DNA of 64,000 nucleotides from positions 5,668-69,667 of the forward strand of contig DF237439.1 of NCBI GenBank assembly GCA_000708835.1. The letters are read 5' to 3'. The notes below the pieces were generated by a model, which was not told the DNA's origin, searched no databases, and saw nothing but the letters and a program-made list of their open reading frames with translations. The position numbers and the translations under genes are program-made. Positions 19,901 to 32,644 of the stretch are shown piece after piece. Source of the DNA: Klebsormidium nitens. Lineage: Eukaryota > Plantae > Klebsormidiophyceae. The stretch's first letter is position 1, and every line of letters begins with the position of its first letter.

Positions 19901-22900
19901 TGCCCACAAGCGAGCCCATCGATAGAGACGCGCCGCGGTGCGGGCACGCGTCGGGGACGGCGGCAACTTCATTTGGACGCGGACGCCACAGCACGTAGGT
20001 CTGGTCGTACACCTGACGTAAGAAGTGGACGGCACAAATGAGCGCTTCGTATCATGAAACGACTAGCATTTGGTATGGGGATCTTATAGGGACGTCAGGA
20101 AGACCGGCGGCCTCATTTGGACGCGGACACAAAAGCACGTAGGTCTGATCGTACACCTGACGCACGAACTGAACGGTACAAATGAGCCCTTCGTATATCG
20201 GGACAATGAGCTTTTGAAATGGGGATTTCAGAAGGACGCGTGGCAGGAAGAACGCGACCTCATTCGGACGCGGACGCCAGAGCACGTAGGTCTGGTCGTA
20301 AACCTGGCATAAGAAAAGGACGGCACAAATGAGTCCTTCGTTTTCTGGAACAATTAGCATTTGGAACTGGGGATCTCAAAGGGACGTCAGGAAGGGCGGT
20401 GGCGCCATTTGGACCTGGACGCAAGAGCACGTAAGCCAGGTTGAGTCGTACACCTGGCTTAAGAAACGGAGGCAACTGAGCCCTTCATCTTGAAAAGGCT
20501 TCAGAACTTTGAACGGGGATCTTAGAGAAACGCGCGTCAGGGACAGTGGCGACCTCATTTTGACGGAAACGCATCAATCCGTAGGTCTGAACAGACTCCT
20601 GACGGTGGGGAAGGGGTATGATGACCGGCCTCAGGAAAGATCAAACCGAACGCAAAAACGAAGACAGGAAAAGGGAGAGATACAAATGCATCAAGTAATT
20701 ATTTCTGACTGAACAGCCAAGCCGATCAAGCTAACAAAGCTCTTCTTGACCAGATGAAGCCAGCAAATGCAACATCTTCGCTCTTCGGCATTGAACGTAG
20801 AGACAAATACAACAGCCCTCCGTGATGATCTGCCTTTCAATGAGACGGGCCAGCTTTTCGTCCAACCCCTTCGCTTTGTTTACCGTACCTTTACGCTGAT
20901 GGGCTGGCTGGTGCTTAGCTGCGCTGAGAGCGCGAGCGGCACATAGATTGCCGCCTTCTTCCTGCGCTCTTTCGTAATGAAGTCCCACTCCTCTTGCAGG
21001 CTTTCGTCCTGCGGCGCATAGGTGGTGATCTCGTCCGATACGGAAGTCCCGACCTGGGGTAACGTGCTCAGAACGTAACGGAGTAGCGTGGGTATGGAGG
21101 GGATCTGGCTGGCGCTGGATGAGAGGGAGTCCGTCATGGGCTGGAAGCGGGCGGCTGCTGCGGCGACCACGGGGGCCAGGGCGGTCTGCAGCTGGTCGCC
21201 TGCAAAAGGAAGACGGGGACGACGTTAAGAAGAACGCTCTGAGCAGAGGGATTTGTAGGTTCTAGTTTTTGAGAAGAGCAATTCGAAAGTTGGGGGCGGT
21301 TGCCAAAAGTGACTACCAGGTAAGGGTGATTTAAAACTGGTCGACATGTGAGACAGAAGAAGGAAAACGTCACGGACGGTCCTGACGTCCACAGTCGCTA
21401 TACCATCAGCTCGTTCCTCGAACTTAAAAGAGAAGACAGATCAAAGAACGCCAGGCATTTGCTTGATCGAGTGCAGCAATGCATCCTAGAATTCAGATCC
21501 AACGATGCTATCTTTGCTGGCGCACCTGAAAGCGAACCTTCCACGGAGTTGAGCCCCTTTCCTAGTTGTTCCAAGACTTGGTGAATGATCCCCGTGATGC
21601 GCTTGTTGGTGCTGTCGCTGCTAGGAAGGGCGGCGCTGTTGCTTTGGAGAAGGACGCTCATGGCGGCCTCCAGCTCCTTCTTGTGCCGCAGCGCCACTGC
21701 GGGGTCGGGGTCTGCCCGGGATTCTTGGAGGAGGCGCTCCAGATTGCTGGCGAAAAGGAGGGAATAAATCAAGAGCAATTCCCTTCCCTCAAGATCTGAA
21801 ACACCGATGATTCTGAGAAGACAAGTTTTGAATCAGTCCGGTACTAGATTGTTTTGTAATGGCATGAGAGACTTAGCAGGTAACCGGTGTTCTAGATGAT
21901 GAAGAGAGTTCAAATCAAGAACTGCAGTACCCTCTTTGAACGATCCATGCGCCACAAAGCAGTGTATTTGTTGACAAAGATATGGGATGATCAAGACCCC
22001 ATCTGCGCGCATACAAGAGAAATCAACAGGGTCGCTGCAAATGTTCCCACTTTGCGACGCACAGCTTCAGCGTAAGCCTCTAACGTATGTATAAGACAAC
22101 AGATGCGGATATGGAACCAGATCTACTTCAGGGTCACACAAACCAGCAGGAAACAATCCTGTCGTAGTTCTGATTGCAGCTCACCTGATGATGCTTTGCA
22201 GCTCTTGTTGGGATGGCGTCCTCGATGTAACCAGGGAGTTGGCCTTCTGGAGAATGCTTCGGATATCCTTGGTGTCCACCATGGTCTGGCAAAGAAGTCA
22301 CATAGAGTAACCTTGGTTAAAGTGCCTAGTTATTCTCCGGGTTTAGTGCCCTCCACGACAAATAATGAGACCAAGGATTATGCTGTTACTAATGCACTGA
22401 TGACTTCAAAGAATCTTTAAGGAAAAATCCTTCACTTGATGTGACAGGACTGAATGCGCCACGACAAACAAAAGCGGAAGGCGCCTGTCACATCCTGATC
22501 CTTTTGTCGACTAAGATCATTATCGGCTGCTCTCAAAAGCATTCGCGTGACTGGCGACTCACGATAGTCAAACCAAGCACACAGGCCGCCAAGATAGCCG
22601 CAGGATCCACAATTCCTTGCAGGAGTGCCGCCATGAGGGCGCCTTGAAGGATTCCGTTCAACGAAACCAGTCCTTGCACGTCACGAACCTGTAACCAGAG
22701 TAAAGGCGACAGATATGTCAACTTTTGAGGAGATCTAGAATTCTATTTGTTTTTCTAAATTGTACAAAGACCAGCGAGCACAATCAGTGTATTGGGAGAA
22801 AATAAGAAATGAAAGAACAATGATCCCCACGCTGAGCGTCGTATCAGATCAGCCAAGGTGGGCTGATTCTTGTGCCTGGAAAGTCTGTAAATGAAAAAAC

Positions 22901-23919
22901 AGGCAGCACTACTCAGGGACAATCTCACGACAATCTAATAATCTGGGGCACAGAGTCAAGAAGTGAGAGCTGCTAGCTTGTACACAAAGATCTGGCAGGC
23001 GTTAAAATCACTGAGTGGGGAGTCTGATCTGCTGCCAAACATCCCCAGAAACTACTGGATGGACATGCATAAGCATGGGGAAGAACCTGCTTGCTGGATG
23101 TGTAATTAATCACCAGTGAGAAGGCAACAGGGTAGGTCAAAGGAGGACTGATCGTGTTGTGTGACTTTCCCACATGTAGCTCAAAACTGATTTGCAAAGT
23201 GGAATTACTGCAATTTTTCAACAGCACCTTAGAAGCACACGAGGGAACAGATGACAACGTCAGCAAAAACTTTGATTCCAACTCAAAAAGAAGAAGCAGA
23301 GACTTCAATGACAATGCAAACTTGTTGCACCTGAAGTGTATCATTCCTGATCTGCTGAGCTGCCACAACTTTTGATCTGCTATGTTGACAACCATCCAGC
23401 AAAGATGAACTAGAGTGTAGCTTCAGCCATGGATTGCTGATCATCCAATTTTGACCGGAATAAGAGGCTCACGTCCTACATGACTACTTGACAAAAGAAG
23501 TTTCTAAGATACAGCCAGAATCATGTTGCCTTCTCAAGCCAACCCACCTGTTTGCTGGCAGACTTCTCAGAAGGAACCATAGCTTCTTGATCTCTTTCCG
23601 ATGGCCCATGCGCAGCGAGAGAGTGGTTGCCCCCCTCGGCAGAGTACTGCATTCTAGAAGTTCTCCTCCTACTTTCACATGCAGGATACGGAACTGCTCT
23701 GACCATACGCAGCTGATCTAGGCCCCTTGAAGGCCGAACGAAAGCCGAGGCCCCCGAAGACAATCGGCTGGAGCCAGAATATTTACACAAAGATTTAAAT
23801 TGTGGGGTTGCTCCTTTGACCTGTCGATGGGGGTGGTGTGCCCTGTGGCCATCCCCCCAAGCAACTGCAGCAACCGTTCCGGTCAACAGGTGTCTATGCA
23901 AGCAGTTAACCGCGGCCAT
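16913..23919 (-). CDS. Rieske non-heme iron oxygenase (CAO/PAO/TIC55/VanA-like superfamily) with long N-terminal extension, about 686 aa
   Basis: Phase-consistent exons: 23919-23548, 22688-22563, 22285-22185, 21746-21538, 21199-20889, 20012-19800, 19249-19169, 18883-18564, 17952-17766, 17053-16913. Rieske ligands CPHRG and CPYHG; mononuclear Fe motif DNTFDLHHMTYVH; ILSEDQAVLE. The 5' exons and the 21538 donor are less certain. Confidence 0.85.
18883..19125 (-). repeat. Three 119-bp units: the real acceptor plus two echoes
   Basis: cag|gtcgatctagcgcc at 18883, tag|gtcgacctcgcgcc at 19002, cag|gtcgatcctgcgcc at 19121. Confidence 0.8.
19965..20620 (-). repeat. Five units of 144-150 bp: the real Rieske exon start plus four echoes
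   Basis: Exon-start positions 20012 (real), 20156, 20303, 20453 and 20598, encoding variants of VYDQTYVLWRPRPNE. Confidence 0.9.
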
Positions 23920-25666
23920 GTTCGCATCCACTCTTTGAAGATTTCAAATATGTACTAGGGATCAAAGTGACTGGCAAAATTGTTGGCCTGATCTGTGAGC
24001 GCCTGCATTAGCTCAAATCTAGTCCAAAGGACAAAACTCAAGCGGCGAAAAGCTCTCAATAGCTCTAAATGAAGAAGCGATGCTTCCTTTGTTGCCTTCG
24101 GCTGCTTTCAGCTGCTCTTGTATTGCAACACCTCAATCAACTAAAGCGTGGCAGCGTGCATGCACTTTCTTATTGTGTTTGAAGCTCTGTAGGTCAAACC
24201 AGCAAACATGCAGGCTCCTATCCTGCAAAACCCAAGGAACACGCCTTGTGTGAGGACCTCAAAAGGTTCCTTCAGCGTCCGTTCGTTCTGGAGATGGGCA
24301 AAGCGGTCTTGCTGCTTGGTGCATTGACCAGCAGTACGTCCGTGAAGGACTCTTCTGTCGCCTATGGCAGTGAAACCTGGACAGCACACACTCCTCTTTC
24401 CTGCAGCATGCAAGATCCCAAGTCTCCTCCCTCTTTCTTGCAAGTTTCGAACAGGGGTGTTTTGCTCGAAACCTCAAATCACCATTTTTGCGGCATTGCA
24501 TGAATGTGGCATGCACCAGCTTGTACAAGGAAACAACAAGTACTCTTTTGTCTCTTCCGCGTCATACGGTAAATCGAACGGTCTTGAAGCCTCTCTTTGA
24601 CCAAACGGCGGCCATCGGCAGCCTGGCGCCAACAACCTCTTACGTGGAGCTCTGGCAACCGCTTTCTGACACGATTGCTGACACACGCAAGCTCAAAAGT
24701 GAACCGCAGCCGGGCCGATACACAACAAAGTTCAAACAGCAACCGTCAGTACTTGGTATGGTACAGCTGCGGGATCGTGTACCGGCCATTGCCTGCATAC
24801 GGTACGTACTGTCTGCATGGAGTGATCCCTTTGGCCGAGCGTTTGAAGGCGGCAAGCCGGTGCCTCAGGCAGCTAATAAGCGTAGGCGGGTACCTACTCC
24901 AGCTAGGTTCCGTTCCCGGCAAGAGATCTCTGGCGAGACCTCTAGAGATCGAGAGCACATAAACCTAGACAATCATTGTTAACTGCGCTTCATGATTCTA
25001 GAGGGTTGCAATTGCATGTAGCATCTGACAGCGCATGCAATCGATGTGGGGCGGGCAATATTAGAGCAGATTGTCAGGTGCCGCCTTGCCAATGCTGCCA
25101 TGCATGTGAGCCCGGTACTTTTGCAAGCTAGCGAGCTGTTGTCATTGCATGAAAAATGGTCGCGCGAGCGCTCATTCAATGTTGAGCAGTGCAACATGAC
25201 GTTCGATGGAAACGACAGTTGTCTTGTGCAAGCATATGCTAAGGAGGGCGGCTTGTGAATGTAGAATCTGCCACCTGCTGTCGCCAACTCAATGAGTCTC
25301 CGAGGCTCTCAGCACGACTTGATGCAAGACGGATATCTGAGCTTGTGGAATGTATAGCATTAACCTATCAACCTCAATGCAAAGGGTACTTCACCGTTTT
25401 GCTCTCAGTGAATCCAGTCAAAAAACTGGATGGCTTCCCTAGCTGGTTAAAAAGGAAGTCTCGAGATTTGGAATGATTGGAGTGCACTTACATTGCAACG
25501 ATGAAGAGAATGGCAGTCAAGAGAACATACTCCAACGATTATATACATACCCGGAGTCCCCAGTCAAGCACCATGATGGCGGGTTGAGTGAGCTGTCGTT
25601 GATTGCAACCGATATTGTCCAGACTGTCTCTGCCTTTACCACTGATGAAAACAATGCAACGTCAGC

Positions 25667-28600
25667 TTACTCGTCTGCTGCGCTTGCTTGATTGAGATCT
25701 TTCTCGCTCAAATCCAGAATCTGCACACGAACCAGAAGCACCCCAGTTTGCATCAGCTATGACAGCGAACAGATCGAGTTCTTCAATCAATTGGTTACGG
25801 CAGAGCATACACTTGGAACGACTTGTTTGACGTTTATTGAGCACGCATCTGTTGCAAAGCAAAGCCCTTGAACGATTCTTGCAAGAGCAACGGCAGGGTT
25901 TACATCTGTTGAAAACGCGGTTTGCAAAACACAGCGTCGTCACCAGGCCCACCTTTCCAGTAATCCTGGTATACATGCTCAGCACATCCTCCACAGTGGT
26001 TTCGAAGTGGGTCGTCGGGTCGTAGCTCTGCATGTGCGCCAGTGTCAAATCAGAAAAAAGATCTCTCAAGGAGCAACCGACCGTAGAAATGTGTCGGGAC
26101 AAAGTCTTTCAGTCAAGCCATTGTGGTAATGTGTCAAAACGCAACCAACACAAGCCTTGCTCCTGTTCATAGAGTTGAGTTTATAAAAGCGAACCCAGTG
26201 CATCGGATCCATCCTTGTAACAGCGAACAGCGTATCCACTGACCACAAGCTTGACATCGATAGGCATGTCAATTTCCAACTGCTCTTCCAAGGTGCAAAC
26301 TGCCAAGGATTCCTGTGGAACGTCGACCATCAATCTGACCTTTCATTATTTCTCCGTGTATCACGTTTAGACGTGTATCAACCAAACCCCTTTTCGCAGT
26401 TGAAAAAGTGACCACCCCTCTCTTCACAAGCCACCGAAAAAAGCATTGAAGCACATCAAAAGCATTCCTTCCGATCTTGCATGGAGCAAATAACGCAACC
26501 ATTGTACCTACCTTGGAGATGTAGCAGTTGTCGTGACTCCCGCTCTCCAGCGGCTCGTACGTGTCGTAAATGTCGAAGATCTGTTCGTCCACCTGCCCCA
26601 ACAGCTTCAAGCCGGGGGCCAGCTCAGCTTCCGGCCGGTCCTGACAATTTGAGAAGAATGACGTCAGCAGAGGAGCCTAGAGCAGCTGACAATGACGTCA
26701 GCGAAGGGGACGACCAGCGAGGCTGTCTTGAAATGATTACAACAGAAGGGCATATGCCTCTGCTCCTGGACACCTCAGAAAACCTATCGAACAGATGGGC
26801 TAGAGGAGCGTTTGAAGTCTCTAGTTTTGAATTAGCTTTCGTCTAACGACAATAGACCATGCTAGTAGCTTTCCAGACGTCTTCTAGGTTCCAAGCATCC
26901 AGAGCGGTCTGATCTCCCAGAGCCGATAACGAAAGCGGCAAGGAGTCGTCTGACCGGAGACGGTCCTCACCGTTTCTGCAGTGGTGGTGACGAAAGCAAT
27001 GTACTTTCCCTTGGGAGCAACGTTGTGGCTGTACGAACAGCAGAAGATGTACCTGTGGTACAAAGAGAGATCTCATAAGCTTTTTACGTAAATAAATGAC
27101 TGCCGCCAGTGGTATTGACAAGCAAACACCGTCCGCCTCTTCGAATTGGCGACTTTTTGAAGTGTTCTTCAAGGACTTCAGAGGCTTCTGATGTGCAAAA
27201 AAGATTGACCCAATACCGAACCGAAAAATACGGCCCCAGTGTATGGGCGACCTTTCGACCTGATTTACCTCACCTTTGACTTGTCCAAGCACTTGGAAAC
27301 ACTGATTCTTCCACACCAACAAACTCACGGACGAAGCAGAATGTGGCATGACCGTATTTTGTTGATGTAACTTCTTGAGATGTACCCTTCCAAAAGATGC
27401 ATCATACCGAGGATTGATCATAAGCCTGCATCTCGGGACAGTACAGACGTCGGAAGCAAGCTTTGGTCGTGCTCAATAATCACAACGAAAAACCAGCTTA
27501 CATGTCGGACTTCCTGTTGAGCTGTTTCTGCGGGAGGATAATCTGGACGGACGCCGAGTCGTTCGTGTTCGGGACCGGGTGGCTCATGATGCAGATTGCT
27601 CGCACCACCTTTCCACTCTTCGCAATCTGTTGCAGAACGACTATGTCAGCTGACAAGTGGCCCTCTTCTTCCCAACTGGTTGGCACATCGAAACTAAATA
27701 TGGGCGTTGCGCATAACAGAAGCATCATAGTAACCCCTTCTTAGTAGCTTCCACGCTTTATGTGCCAGCTGCAAGTGGTACCGTATTCCGATGCTCTGTG
27801 TGTGTCTATGTGTCCTATGTCCAGCTTCTGTTGTTGTCACTTTCGGTGGATCAATCTAGTCGCAGCAAAAGCTTGACATAAGCACAAGGGGGAAGCGTAA
27901 ACTGCAAACAGGCTTGAAACCCCGGCCCTTTCTTGTGTCAGAAAACGCTTCGAGGCCGAGCTGGCAAAGTTGAAGGCTCACCTTGCCCGGGAAGTAGCTA
28001 GGGTCCCCTACGACCTTTTTGCACTTCGCCGTCTCCCCCTCCGAGCTCACGCCAATCGCCTTGCCACTGTCGTCAAACACGACCTTGGCGTCTGGCTTTG
28101 CGAGCATGTACGTTCCACCATAGACGGCGCTCAGGCGAGCAAAACCCTGAAACAAAACAGCGTGCAAAGTTGGAGAGACGAAGCGGAAATCAGAAAAAGC
28201 GGTCTAATGAAAGGTCGCGTATGTGCAAAGCAGAATTCACGAAAAATACAACTGTGACAAATTTGACCAATGAGTGTCAGGCAGAGAACTAAGAACATTG
28301 GATGTCCAAGGGCCGCCACTCCTTACCTGCGGAAGCTCGCCCAGCCCATACAGAGGGTAGATGTATGGCGACCCGCCCCCGAAGCGCAGCAAGGACTCAG
28401 CGTATAACTGCATAGAGTTGAGGACCCTTACAGGTGAAGATGAAACCTTTTTCACAAGAGACCAGGAGAGTAGCCATTCCGCAAATCCACCGGTTCAATG
28501 AAGCGAGGCCGTGAACGGTTCGGAGAAGACAAAAAATTTGGAGACTGCAGAAGTCCCAGACTGTGTTGGTTGATCAAGCACTCAAATGGTGAGGGTTGGT

Positions 28601-31233
28601 GATATCACAAAGCAACATGCAGATCAAGAACAGCATAATGATTTGCGGCAAAAAGCACAACTTTCTGGTCAGGTGCTCTTGCGCAAACGACACTTGAAAA
28701 CACAACCGCGTTGCAAAAGCGCCAAAGCCAAGCATGCCGTGTTGATTGCAAGCATGCAGTGCTCTGCAGCCGTACCTTCATCCTGAGGACTAAGTCCAAG
28801 GCAGGAGCGTTGTAGAACGATTCGTCCCGGTAGAGCGCCAGAGCGTGGCCAACAAACTGGATGACCTCGTCAGACAGACTATACTTCCTGCAGGGTAAAG
28901 CGTTTCACTTTAGGAGCGCAGGGTTGGTTCCATAAGTGGTTATATTGATTGGTTCTAACCAGAGCACGATTCTTCTGGTGTTTCAACAAAGAGCCATTTA
29001 AGATTCCCCTTGAAGTTAGACAAGGCAAAAAAAACTAGAGGCAGGCGAGCAATTGGCAGCCAGTCTGCTTTCAGAAACTCGCTAAGGAGTGTGCATAACT
29101 TGTTAGTGCTTGTTACAAGAGCTCCTTGTTGACTTACTCGAAGAACTCCCTTGCAGTCAATTTCCGCAAGTCAAGGCCATCATGTGTCTTGGGGTCGTTC
29201 TCTTCGTAGTCTTGCACGTAGACGAAGAACTTCTTTGCACGGAACTTCTCGAAGAAGCCCAGCAGTGACGACTTCAGCGCCTCTACATCAGTAGCCGGGA
29301 CCTTGTAGATCTGCAAGCAACACATATTATAATAAGACGAGGAGAATAGAGTATGAGAGGGACCCTTTGAAATCCAAATTCTGAATCCTTGCCAAAGCGG
29401 TCCGACTCTGTGCTATAAGTTCGCCTCAAGGACGAGCCCTTAGCAGCTCCACACAATTCAATTGACCAGATGAACAGAGCATGCTTTGGGGGGCACCTCT
29501 TTCCTTTCGGTTCGATGGCCGGTGAGCGGATAGAGAGCACCGTAGGGCGCAATTAGCAGACTTTCCAGAACTTTCCAAAAAATTAGCGTAAACAGCTAAT
29601 CTTTGATACAGTTTATTTCGTCAATTCCAGACAAGATGAACACGGCTTCTGTGAAGTTTCCTAGAAAGTTTACATACAATTTCATTCGACAACCAGACCA
29701 TCTTGGCATGGATGCTTTACAAACTTCTTCAGTCCTAGCCAGAATGGAGCGCTCCAAGACTTTGTCATTGAGATAAGTCAACCGCTTACCTTCCCCTTGT
29801 TTAGCACGTAGCTCCCATCAACGGCCTTGAATTGCAGATACTTGGTGACATCCGTGTGGATAAGGACTCGTACAAGCTGTCCATTGGCCATCATGAACTG
29901 CGAGAAAATCGTTTCCAGAAGAGTTGGGACTCCAGGAGGCTGAGTTTTGTTGACTGAAGGTTTCCAGCATGACCATAAGTTGCTCCTCTTACCATGCAGC
30001 ACGTGCGGCTTCGAAGCGCCGCACAGAGTCACTACATCATTCAGTCAAAAATAAGTGGTCACAAGGAGGTACAGATAACTTTTTCCAAAGCAGCACCACC
30101 CTAAGAGGATGAGATTTGGACACAAGTTCCTTTGCTTCCTCAAATATATATGAATGTAGCAAAGTCGCAAGTTTCATGGCTTGGGAGTTTCTGCATGGTC
30201 ATTCGACCTGCGCTTGAGAAAGTGGTTGACAACAGGAACAGCTCTTTCCACGGGTAAGTTACCCTAGAGGTTGGTAATCATGATAGGTAGGAGCATTTCT
30301 TTTCCTTGTCAGGCTCTATTGATTGCAACAAAAGGATACGTAGAGCCCCTCACCTTCGGAACAAGGTCAATGTTGTAATCCCTTGCAGAGCCCAAACTCG
30401 CTGGAGGCTCATCCTCTCCCTTGAACTTCTTCCAGAACTGCATGGATCAGAGCAATCGATGCTGCTGTCAGCTGGAAATTTGGTGAGCGGAGTTTATAAC
30501 AACTTTCCTTCAGAAGTGGTGTAACGGGAGATACACGTTTGGGGGTCAAACATCAGCACAGACAAGTCCCCAGGTGTCTGCGGAGGTGATGCTTTTTGAA
30601 CAACCTATAGAGGGCCATTTCACATCTGCCACACAATCCTGAAGTTACGTATGCCCTAAACATATTGGGGTCCTGACTGACCTGCTTCAGGGTGAGCGAT
30701 GCAGATTCACCGCCGTAGTAGTCATTCCTATCCATGTGCAACACCTGTGTCAAATAAAGTAGCTCGTCAGTGAGTGTGCGCCATGACAAACCCCGAAAGT
30801 TGACCACTTTTGCAACCATAAGCTTCTTGCATTCAGGGTTTTACGAGTGACGCAGGGCCGACTTCTCAAGCAGCGGCGATCCGCCCTTCATTTTGATTTT
30901 ACTTTCAAAACCAACGATCCTCAGAGAAGGCGACGTCCCAAGTCCCAAACCCTTGCAAATGTAAATTACTCGCATGCAGATTGAAAGCCATAATCTACAT
31001 GTTGTTTCTAGAGTAACTACACACGATGAGACAAGAATCTTTTTGAGTGTGCTGGTGTAGTCAGCCTAAACACTCCAGCTCCTCGCTAGTGCATTCCACT
31101 TCTTGCTTGTCATTTAACATGCTAAAATTGCGGCAAGCACTCGTACCTTGAGACCATCGACGGAGAGCAAGCCGCTGATGATGCATTCTTTCAGCCCCGT
31201 GCCAAGCACAATGACATCGTACTCCTCATCCAT
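25667..31233 (-). CDS. GDI: Rab GDP-dissociation inhibitor (RabGDI), 13 exons, 445 aa
   Basis: Exons: 31233-31147, 30744-30682, 30437-30354, 29897-29790, 29310-29138, 28887-28776, 28407-28327, 28146-27982, 27626-27502, 27052-26971, 26640-26512, 26027-25953, 25720-25667. All GT-AG and in phase, 1338 nt in total. [17 protein letters not shown].. [30 protein letters not shown].. SAADE*. Confidence 0.97.
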
Positions 31234-32644
31234 GCCTGCAGTTGTTTCAAAATCTGAGACAATAGAACATGAATTGGTATGCTTGCATCCCTTGCAGAAT
31301 GTGAGAACAAAACATCAGCAGCATGACAAAAGTTTTCCAGGTTTCTGCAAGGTCTGGCTTTCATCAGTCACGGTCTTCAATTCTGCTTCAAGTACTGCAC
31401 AATCCATGCAAGTCCCAAAACTCCATTCTGTAGGATATTTGATAGGCTCAAGGATCAGCTAGTGACCAGGTCGTCAGTAGTCTCCACAATCGCAAACCCG
31501 TCTGCCAGTACCAGAACCTTTGCAAGCAATTGCTTGGATGGGAGCACAAATCTGCTGCTACAAGACCCCAATTCAGCGCTCATCCTTGCCTCCTTACCCG
31601 CCGACAAGCTGGCAGAGCTGTCTGGCGTGTCTGGGGAGCTCCTGCGCTTCTCCTAGTCCACCCAGGCCAGCAATTGGCGTCCTCCACCACGCTAGCTAGC
31701 TGCGCTCAGCGTCAGATCTCGTCTTTCTAGACAGCAATCAGAAAGCTAGGGTTTCATGCAGCATGTATGCATGATCCTTTTTCTTCAACTTCAGATGCTA
31801 ATATTGACAGCGGTCGTCAAGCGGAAAATTCGGTTAGGTGATCTGACCATGCACTCTGCAATCAGTCTCCGGTATACGGTATGTAAGACATTCTGTTCCG
31901 AGGCTCAGATCTGTGCCCAGGGTGAGAGCCTGATCCTGCCCCGGATAGTCCTTCAAATCCGGAAGAGGTTTTCACAGATCTCAAGAAGTGGTGCTGGCGC
32001 GGAGCAAGCTTGTTGGTGGAAGTCAAAATGACTCTGTGTTAGAGCCGCTGTAGCTTCAACAAACTCTTCAGACTTTGTCAAAGGTGCTCAGAGCTGGCGC
32101 CCTTAGCTCAACCAGGAGCTGGGCTTGTTCGCCTTGCGTGCCTGGGATTGTCTGATTGGGCGCTTCGAAAAAGTGAGCGCTTCGTGGCTATTGTCAGGTT
32201 CCTTCTTGCGATACATGAAAGTTACAATTGTGTCTCTGGCATTGGCCCAAGCTACAAATACTACTACAATGCAAGGAGCCAAAGAAACATTGCTGAAGAT
32301 GTCGGCTTGCCTCTAACAGTGGCGCAACTTTCACACTGTGAACAAATGAGTTTGGGGATGGTGGCAGCACAGTGGTACTTGAATCATGCTCCTTCCATAC
32401 ATTTCGAAGTGGCTGAGAGCACATCAAGATAAATTCTGATCCTCTTAAGTGTCCTCGCTGGACTGGTTCAAAGGAGTTGCACATGTAACTTGGACTGGGG
32501 CAGAGTGTAACGAAATGCTGGTTGATTACTTCAGAGCGTATACTGACAGCCCAAGCAATGCCACAAAGTGAGTGATTAGGAAGTGCACTTGGGTTTTTGG
32601 ACGGAGAGGACTCTAAACGAAGTCTGATCACGCCTCTAGTTACG

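Noticed and set aside
24246-27421. Cluster of short overlapping ORFs resembling a second viral island
   Set aside because: The protein-like parts ([44 protein letters not shown]) are the last RabGDI exons. The rest is intron, UTR or intergenic sequence with no recognisable motifs.
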